This document shows, piece by piece, positions 41,675 to 49,100 of a DNA stretch of 64,000 bases. Source of the stretch: Alphaproteobacteria bacterium (GTDB lineage Bacteria; Pseudomonadota; Alphaproteobacteria; Rs-D84). The notes under the pieces are model-generated. The model did no database searches. It was not told where the DNA came from and saw only the letters and a program-made list of their open reading frames with translations. The DNA is taken from the NCBI GenBank assembly GCA_017960855.1, contig JAGCYJ010000012.1:5434-69433 (forward strand). The letters are read 5' to 3'. Made by a program: the position numbers and the translations under genes. Within the stretch, counting starts at the first letter, position 1, and each line of letters starts with the position of its first letter.

Positions 41675-43090
41675 ATGTCGAATTTAAAAAAATTTCAAGC
41701 AGCCATCTCTAAATTAAAAGAAGCCGATTCCGAAATAGAGGATAAAATTCTTACAGATTGTAAAACCATGTCAAAGGTAGAAAATTGGGTTTGTGTTCAT
41801 GCCACCCGATATATGCCACCACGGAATTCTGATGGAACAATGTTTTTACCGACAACGGCTATGGTAACAAATTACGATATTCCACGTACTACGGTTCATG
41901 TCACATTAAACCATGTTGTGAAATCTCATGCCGCTGGCGCATGGGAAGATTGTCCATATGTTGTATTTACGCCATATACAGATCTTGTCAGAGAAAACGA
42001 AGCCCCAAAGTGCGTATCTTTATATGATACATATTTTGTTCCAGATTCTGACCGTGGTTTGTTATTGCCACCAAGTGCATATATTGTTCAACCGTCAAAC
42101 GGGGAATTTTACGAAATTGGTGAACATATGGCAACGTATAAACGGGGTAATTATACAGAACAAGAAATAAAATTTATATTGTCTTTGATGCCGGAAGATA
42201 TTCAGCAAAAATATAAACAGTTTGCAGAGTACACATTAGATAAAACATATACCAATTACTATTTTAACATTAGTATTACTGATGATAATGAGCGTCAAAA
42301 GATACTAAGTACAAAGTATAAACAACAAATGGATAAGTATGCCGAAGACCTTTTGTCATCATATTTACGCGATTATGTTGTGCGTTTGGCGATGGAATCC
42401 AAGGGGTTTCGATACATATCGACAGGTTATGACTATAGAGTAAGCGAGGCCACCTGTGACGCAGTCAAGGATTCTGGAATATTAACAAACGTTGATGAAA
42501 AATCACATTTCGGTAGTGTAGAACGGGCGATGGAAGACAAGTGGTCCGCAATGCATTATCAATATATAACGATATTAGGTAAATATGAGGCAAGCGAATT
42601 ATATAACCATTGTGTGGAAGAACCATATAATAATTGGTTTCAAAGAGGAGGATTAATACCTACTGACAAACCCAAAATAGAGCTTGATATCCTGGGCGCA
42701 ATCGTAAATAACGAGCCAATAAATTTCTATAATAAATATTGTGACACATTTGCTTCTTTTGCAGAAGATAAAAAAGGTGCGGCGACAATTGCTGAATACA
42801 GTCCAGAATTGGATAAAGCATTGCGTAAAAATGCTCAAATATTGGAAAAAGAGTTTCAAGAAGCCGTACAAATACTAAAACAGAAACCTCAATACCCAAA
42901 GTTTGAACGATTGGCAAAGAGAGTATTAGAAAGGTGTTCAAAAATGAACCCTGGTGATTCTATAAGAATACCATATTGGGGACCAGATAATCTTGAGGAT
43001 GGTATAGATTTTGAAATACCATTACCGACTAAATCACCAACAGGACCGATTGTCTCACCAGTTGCGCCGATTAATAAAACCCGAGATTAA
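41675..43090 (+). CDS. Hypothetical protein (471 aa), AT-rich orphan
   Basis: The RBS GGGGGT lies 5 nt upstream of the ATG. There is no signal peptide. It is Lys/Glu/Tyr-rich, and I recognise no motif. Confidence 0.65.
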   Translation: MSNLKKFQAAISKLKEADSEIEDKILTDCKTMSKVENWVCVHATRYMPPRNSDGTMFLPTTAMVTNYDIPRTTVHVTLNHVVKSHAAGAWEDCPYVVFTPYTDLVRENEAPKCVSLYDTYFVPDSDRGLLLPPSAYIVQPSNGEFYEIGEHMATYKRGNYTEQEIKFILSLMPEDIQQKYKQFAEYTLDKTYTNYYFNISITDDNERQKILSTKYKQQMDKYAEDLLSSYLRDYVVRLAMESKGFRYISTGYDYRVSEATCDAVKDSGILTNVDEKSHFGSVERAMEDKWSAMHYQYITILGKYEASELYNHCVEEPYNNWFQRGGLIPTDKPKIELDILGAIVNNEPINFYNKYCDTFASFAEDKKGAATIAEYSPELDKALRKNAQILEKEFQEAVQILKQKPQYPKFERLAKRVLERCSKMNPGDSIRIPYWGPDNLEDGIDFEIPLPTKSPTGPIVSPVAPINKTRD

Positions 43091-43107
43091 ATAAAATTTG
43101 ACTAAAA

Positions 43108-43149
43108 AACCGTTTGATTTTCTTCAAAAATCAAACGGTTGTAAATTTT
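43108..43149 (+). terminator. Rho-independent terminator (13-bp stem)
   Basis: accgtttgatttt(43109-43121) pairs with aaaatcaaacggt(43127-43139). The run tgtaaatttt follows. Confidence 0.6.
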
Positions 43150-43163
43150 GGTTGGGGCAACTG
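43149..43163 (-). repeat. 15-nt direct copy of the tRNA-Gln 3' end (CAGTTGCCCCAACCA on minus strand)
   Basis: tggttggggcaactg at 43149-43163 is identical to 43344-43358, the 3' end of the tRNA gene. Confidence 0.9.
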
Positions 43164-43283
43164 CGTACCTCGATACACAATAACAAAAATCTATAAAAAC
43201 TCGTATCTACCGACTCCGTTTTTATGATTTTTCTAATTGTGTATTCTCGTATTGGTCATGCGTGCCGTTCCGGCACTCTGACC

Positions 43284-43298
43284 GATCCAGTTGCCCCC
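43284..43298 (+). repeat. Inverted partial copy of the tRNA-Gln 3' end
   Basis: gATCCAGTTGCCCCc on the plus strand shares 13 nt (ATCCAGTTGCCCC) with the minus-strand tRNA T-arm/acceptor 3' strand. Confidence 0.85.
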
Positions 43299-43299
43299 G

Positions 43300-43341
43300 A
43301 TAATGAAATAACACACCATTTCGGGTGTGTTATTTCATTAT
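43300..43341. other. Perfect 18-bp hairpin immediately 3' of tRNA-Gln
   Basis: ataatgaaataacacacc(43300-43317), loop atttcg, ggtgtgttatttcattat(43324-43341). There is no adjacent U-tract on either strand. Confidence 0.85.
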
Positions 43342-43343
43342 CT

Positions 43344-43417
43344 TGGTTGGGGCAACTGGATTCGAACCAATACTAGCGGAGTCAGAGTCCGATGTTCTAC
43401 CATTAAACTATGCCCCA
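43344..43417 (-). tRNA. tRNA-Gln (anticodon CUG)
   Basis: Hand-folded 74-nt cloverleaf. Acceptor TGGGGCA/TGCCCCA with U1:A72. D arm GTTT-AATGGTA-GAAC. Anticodon arm TCGGA-CTCTGAC-TCCGC, with one 27:43 mismatch. T arm ATTGG-TTCGAAT-CCAGT. The 3' CCA is encoded. Confidence 0.9.
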
Positions 43418-43429
43418 ATGGCGACGCTA

Positions 43430-43457
43430 ATTATATAGCGGTTTTTCCATTTTGCAA
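43430..43457 (-). promoter_or_regulatory. sigma70-type promoter TTGCAA-N16-TATAAT for tRNA-Gln
   Basis: The minus strand reads TTGCAAaatggaaaaaccgctaTATAATtagcgtcgccat, followed by the tRNA 5' end. Confidence 0.6.
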
Positions 43458-43474
43458 ATAAAAATCTTGGTGTG

Positions 43475-44197
43475 TTATTTTCTTTCGGGTTTAGATTTAT
43501 AAATATTCCACAGCCGTTCAAAACCGTCGCGATCCAATTTCGCATCATTTACGATGGACAGGGAATCCCAATCAACCACGCCGACAACATTATACTTGTC
43601 GTCCAGCATAAAATTACTAACGTTCAAATCCAAGTGCGCCAGCACAGAGTTTTTAGTTATTGTCGGCTTTTTCGCATTCTTTTTATGTTGCAACGGCATC
43701 AAGAACAGTTCGTTGTTCGGAATAGATTTTACCGATATGCCCTGTAATTCATCAATCATTTTGACGACTTGGGCTTTGATTTTCTTTTCGTGTTTGATGA
43801 TGTTGTCTTTGCCGAATTCGTGCAGGTTTTTGCCGGACAATTTATCTGCGACATACATGGGCATTTTCTTGGCGACAAAGATTCTGGGGATTTTGACGCT
43901 TAAATGTGGACGTACAATGTCCAATAATAACTGATAATTATTTAATTGCGCGACCGAAACATCACGAAAGATTTTCACAAAATACCGATTGTTCACGACA
44001 CAGGTCATACGGTTCATGCTGACTTGGCGGACAAAGCGAATCGTGTGGACACGCACGCCATATGTTCGACGCACAAAACGCGCGATTGGTATGCGGAACA
44101 AAAATACATTTACATTGCCGCGTATGCGCCGGCGCCGATCTTGACCGGTGAACAGGTTGGAAATCAGTGCACTTATGTAAAACGGTATTTTATACAT
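43475..44197 (-). CDS. Protein-kinase-like fold phosphotransferase (LPS kinase / APH / choline-kinase superfamily)
   Basis: 240 aa. The catalytic-loop-like LAHLDLNVSNFMLD (HxDxxxxN) is followed by VGVVDWDS (the DxD/E metal site). Confidence 0.65.
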   Translation of the reverse strand: MYKIPFYISALISNLFTGQDRRRRIRGNVNVFLFRIPIARFVRRTYGVRVHTIRFVRQVSMNRMTCVVNNRYFVKIFRDVSVAQLNNYQLLLDIVRPHLSVKIPRIFVAKKMPMYVADKLSGKNLHEFGKDNIIKHEKKIKAQVVKMIDELQGISVKSIPNNELFLMPLQHKKNAKKPTITKNSVLAHLDLNVSNFMLDDKYNVVGVVDWDSLSIVNDAKLDRDGFERLWNIYKSKPERK

Positions 44198-44325
44198 AGG
44201 TTTTTAATCCTTTGCATTGGATTATACTATATGTCGGAATATATTCCTAGGAATTGTTTATGTTGCTTTTTGTGTCAGATTTCATTATCGTTTATACATA
44301 GACAACGCAAGGCAAGGGGGATTCT

Positions 44326-45240
44326 ATGTATAAATATGGACTGTTTCGTCAGGCGGCATCTAATTTGGCGGGGGTGTTCGGTAAATCACGTGCGCAACGT
44401 CGGTTAAATCGCGATCGGATTCGGTATTATGGTCTGATTGATACGGTTGGTCAAAATATGATTCCGCGTCAAAAATATCCGACCAAGATTCCATTGGCGT
44501 TCTGTTTCAATGCGCGCGGTGCGCGCATGGCGGCGGTCACAATGCGTTCCATTTTGGATGCATCCGCAGGGCGTTGTGATTATGACATTTATTGTGTTAT
44601 TGACACGGATGTTGATAAGACAATTTGCGATATGATGCGTAATACGATTAAGCCACACAAATCATCTATTCATTTTGTTCATGGCAATCATGACTTTGAC
44701 GAATCGCCGCGGCGCAAGTGGCCGATTGCTATGTGGTATCGGTTGATGTTGCCGAAACTGTTGCCAAATGTTTCGCGCATAATTTACGCCGATATGGATA
44801 TGATATTTTTTAATGACTTGATTGATATTTACGAATATGACCTGGGCAAAAATGTGATTGCCGCGGTTCCAACCCGCACCAGCAAGTATATCAATTCTGG
44901 ATTCTTGCTGATGGATCTGGACAAGATTCGCAAGGAAAAAATATATGAACAATGGATCAAGGCATCACGTGAAAACGATTTCTATAACCCCGACCAAGAT
45001 GTTTTGAATTATACATTAAAGGGGCGGATTGCGTTTTTGCCACTTAAATATAATTTCCAGATTTCACATGGTTCGCGCATATTCAAAATATATCCTAAAA
45101 ACGAATTGGATGATTTGAAACACAATCTGGTTTGCCTGCATTATTCTGACTATGTAAAACCGTGGAGTGATGGTATCCGCCCAGTATTTTCTGAATATTG
45201 GTGGGATGTCGCGCGCCGCACAGGTTTATTCAAGGAATAG
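44326..45240 (+). CDS. Glycosyltransferase family 8 (LPS/LOS core glycosyltransferase-like)
   Basis: 304 aa. The DxD motif is IIYADMDMIF. NSGFLLMDL, DQDVLNY and HYSDYVKPW are present. The RBS is aaggggga. Confidence 0.8.
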   Translation: MYKYGLFRQAASNLAGVFGKSRAQRRLNRDRIRYYGLIDTVGQNMIPRQKYPTKIPLAFCFNARGARMAAVTMRSILDASAGRCDYDIYCVIDTDVDKTICDMMRNTIKPHKSSIHFVHGNHDFDESPRRKWPIAMWYRLMLPKLLPNVSRIIYADMDMIFFNDLIDIYEYDLGKNVIAAVPTRTSKYINSGFLLMDLDKIRKEKIYEQWIKASRENDFYNPDQDVLNYTLKGRIAFLPLKYNFQISHGSRIFKIYPKNELDDLKHNLVCLHYSDYVKPWSDGIRPVFSEYWWDVARRTGLFKE

Positions 45241-45250
45241 GGCGATTGAT

Positions 45251-46006
45251 ATGGGAACGAAATTACGGCATTTTTTCTCTAATGTAATAAGTGCGTTGAT
45301 TTGGAAAAAAACTTTGCGGGACAAAGTGCGGGTCATGATTCGCTATCCGCGCACATTTGAATACAAGCGATATGTTCGCGATTATGCACACAAACACGGC
45401 ATTTGCGATTGTGGCATTTCTTCGCGTGTGGGTCGCGGGTGCGGAAACTTCGTCGTTATATTAAGCAATAAATATGTATTTAAGTTTCCACTGTTTTCGG
45501 ACGGACGCGAAATCGCGGAACGTGAACGGCGCATAACAGATGCATTTGCAAAAATATCGCCAATCAAGATTCCGAAAATGAAAATTATTCCATACAAAGA
45601 TATTGTAATTCGTCGCTATGAATTCGCAGATGGTGTTTTGGTGTCTGATGTTAAGCCAGATGTTTTTCGTCCGCACCGCGAACATGTTGCGAAACAGATT
45701 GCAAATTTTATGTATGTTATTGGTAATTCTGACCCAGTGGAACTGCGCGATTTAAAACCGAAGCCAAACGCAAAGCCACAATACTTGAACGGATGGTTCC
45801 ATGGCGATATATGGCAGAACTTTATGTTGGATCCGAAAACATTTGATATTACTTATTTCATAGATTGGGAAGATACCGCATTCCAAGATTTTATGCCGGG
45901 GCTGTGTGTTGCAACGCGTACATGGGAAAAACGCGGATATCGCTATATGGGCATAACAGTTTTGTCTGAATATTCAAAACTTTATTTCCAACATAAAAAG
46001 AAATAA
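45251..46006 (+). CDS. Protein-kinase-like fold phosphotransferase (second copy; LPS kinase / APH-like)
   Basis: The ATG is at 45251 (ORF track starts at 45167, inside the GT8 gene). WFHGDIWQNFMLD (HxDxxxxN) and YFIDWEDT are present. Confidence 0.65.
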   Translation: MGTKLRHFFSNVISALIWKKTLRDKVRVMIRYPRTFEYKRYVRDYAHKHGICDCGISSRVGRGCGNFVVILSNKYVFKFPLFSDGREIAERERRITDAFAKISPIKIPKMKIIPYKDIVIRRYEFADGVLVSDVKPDVFRPHREHVAKQIANFMYVIGNSDPVELRDLKPKPNAKPQYLNGWFHGDIWQNFMLDPKTFDITYFIDWEDTAFQDFMPGLCVATRTWEKRGYRYMGITVLSEYSKLYFQHKKK

Positions 46007-46147
46007 GTTAAAAATCCCAAGACGAATCGTCGAAAATATTTTTCATATGCGTTGCATTACGCGTGGTGCGTTATATAAACATAAAAAAACTTGCAATAGT
46101 AAAATTACTTTTCTACCATTAACGCGGAAAGAAAAGGAGAGTTCACC

Positions 46148-49100
46148 ATGAAGCAAACTAGAACCACACTGAAAGCATTAACTGCTGCGTATCGCGCTGT
46201 ATTACGTCACGGTATTTTGTGCAACGCAATTGCATTGGGATTAATTGCAACCGCACCCGCAATGGCAGAACGATTAATTTTGGATGAAGAAACGACTTTG
46301 ACGGGACAAACGTTTACTGGAAATAGTGTCACAGCGATATCGGTTGATACAGAAAAGTGGACTGGAACTCCTGAAGAACCTGTTGTTAAGACGAATGCGT
46401 ATTTATGGACATCTCCGACGGATAGAACTTTACAAAAGGATACGGAAGGTAAGTATATTAAAGGAGATATTGAACAATATACCTATGAAGTGAAGTCGTC
46501 AATTGCGGCGGGTGATGAAGCAAAAGGGGGCGCGGTTTATAGTACGGCCGCTTTGACAATCAGTGGTGGTGAATTTTCTGATAATGTAGCGAATGGCGCA
46601 TTAACAGGCCAGAAAGTAAAAGATGTATATCGTAAACAAGAAGGTTGGGAAGATTTTGTATTAGAGTCAGATAATGGTGGAGATAAAAGAACACTAGATG
46701 GGGCCTATGGTGGTGCCGTTTATGCTGGGGCTGGTTTAACAATAAACAACGATGCTGTTTTTGCGAACAATCGTTCTGATAAATATGGCGGTGCTGTTTA
46801 TGTTGTGGGCAATATTGATGTTGATGGTGCGTCGTTTACAAATAATGAGGGTGGTGCAATTTATGTTGATACCGGCGGCACCGTGGCGGGTTCGGTAAAA
46901 AATGCAACGTTTACTGGTAATACAGGAAGTTCTATTTATTCTAAAAATGCCAAGGGATTGAATATCAGCGATTCAACGTTTTCTGGTAATTCTGGGGCAA
47001 AAGTTGTTGAGAATCGTTCTGGTAATTTAGACATTACAAATTCAACATTTACTAACAATGATGGCGGTATACTTCTGTTAGGTGCCGGCACAACGGGGGC
47101 TGTGTCTTCTTTGCGTGGTATTACAGCCACAGGCAACACGTCATCGTCAAGAAGTAATATGTATTTATACGGCAAATCGGGGAAGACCCTTATTGAAGAT
47201 TCGACATTTAGTAATAATACAACCATTGGTAATGATGGCGGTGTCGTTATGATAGTTAATAACAGTGATGGACCGGCGGTTATTAGAAACTCTAAATTTA
47301 TAGAAAATAGTACACAAGGGGACAGTTCTGCCACAGGTGGTGCCGTTGCCTTTGGAAACAGTGTGTCATATACCGGTACTGGCAATGAATACACTGGTAA
47401 TCACGCAGGCACGAATGGGGGCGCTTTGGCTAATACGGCTTCTGCAAACTTAATTACCGAAATTGGGGCGACATTTTCCGGGAATTCGGCAGATGGCGAT
47501 GGTGGTGCGATTTGGTTTAATACAGGCAATAACTATTCTTTGGTTGCAAGCATAGTCGATTCAAGTTTTGTTAATAATACAGCCAACGGACAAGGCGGTG
47601 CTATTCATAATGCTCACAACAAAGGTGAAACGAAAAAAACAACATTAAACTTGATTGCAAAAGATAGCGATGTCATGTTTAGTGGCAATATTGCTGATGG
47701 TGAAGCTAATGATATTTATAATGCATCAACCTTGAATTTGGTGGCGGCCGAAGGAAGAACGATTTCTTTGGGTGGAGGGATTGATGGAGATGCCGGTACT
47801 ATAAACATCAATAAAGATATTTCGTATGATTATTACGAAGAAAATGATGGTACATTCACAAGAAAGAATGCTTCTGTGACATCACCAAATGGAACTGTTG
47901 AAATATTTGGGGCGCTTAAAAATCAAACTGTTGATTTAGGTGCTGGTGAATTGCACTTGAATAACACCGATTTGACCGGTTCGACTGTTACGGTTGCGTC
48001 GGGTGCGACATTAAATTCCATTGACAATTTAATCAACGATTATTCGTCCAATATTACCTTGGCGGATGGTGCGCTGGTCAAGGGTGATATAGATTATACC
48101 GCGGGTCTGGCGGATACTTATTCTGCGGATTCCGGTGCAAATATTACCTATAAATTGGCAAACGCGTTGAATTTGTCGGGTGTGCAATATGGCAGCAAGG
48201 AAATCGCCATCACCAACACCGGCGCAACAGTTAACGCGGATGTGAACTTTGCATGGTTCAATGGTGACACTGGTTTGACATTGACATCGGGTGGCAATGG
48301 AACCGGCACAGTGTTGGTGTCTGGGGTTGCCGGTGGTATTAATGCTGCGGTTGATGCAACCGATGAAACAGTCCAGGAAATCACATACAGTGCGAATGCT
48401 GCGTCTGAAACATTTGATGGGGCAGACAATGTGATTCAAAATGCTGATTTTACAATTACCGGTAATGGTAATGATACGGATTCCAACAAAATCGTATTTG
48501 AAAATGATATGATTGTTGATGGTCAATCAACATTATCGCTGCAAGACATCAATCTGGAAAATACCGATGACGAAGCGATTACAGTTCAACAGGGTGGGTC
48601 GATGTACCTGACGGACGCACGTGTTGGTGTTGACCTTAACATTTTGGGAACATTGGTGTCTGACCCGACATACTATGATGCGCGGGTTGTGAACAGCGGT
48701 ACGGCGTCGTTTACCGGTGACGTGTTCGAAGATGGCTCTTCGTTAACCAATTCGGCAACCGTGAACCTGAACAATGTTGAATTCAAATCGGGTTCTTCGT
48801 TGATTGGTAATGCGGGCAACACATTGAACTTGGTTGGTACAGGCAACATATTCAACGGTTCATCAACCGGCAACAATGTTGTCTTGGCCAGTGGTGCAAA
48901 CTATACCGGCACATTATACGACGGTGTGGTTGATGCTCGCAACGGTGGCATTGATACAATTACTGGTTCGGTTTCCGGCGGCAATTTGTATGTTGATGCG
49001 AACTTGACATCTGGCGAAGTTGATACATTTGGTGGCACAAGTGGCGCGACATTAAAGGGTATCAAGTTGGCGAATGCTGGATATGGCACCGAAGACAAAG

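Noticed and set aside
43149-43298. Interpretation of the structured element as tmRNA (one- or two-piece) or SRP/4.5S RNA.
   Set aside because: There is no tag reading frame of the ANDN...LAA type and no G3:U70 pair; position 3 pairs G:C. At about 150 nt it is too short for tmRNA. The GC hairpin (GUGCCG-GAA-CGGCAC) does not reproduce the SRP helix-8 GGAA tetraloop with AGCA symmetric loop. The resemblance to the tmRNA 5' end is explained by the segment being an inverted copy of the tRNA-Gln 3' end.
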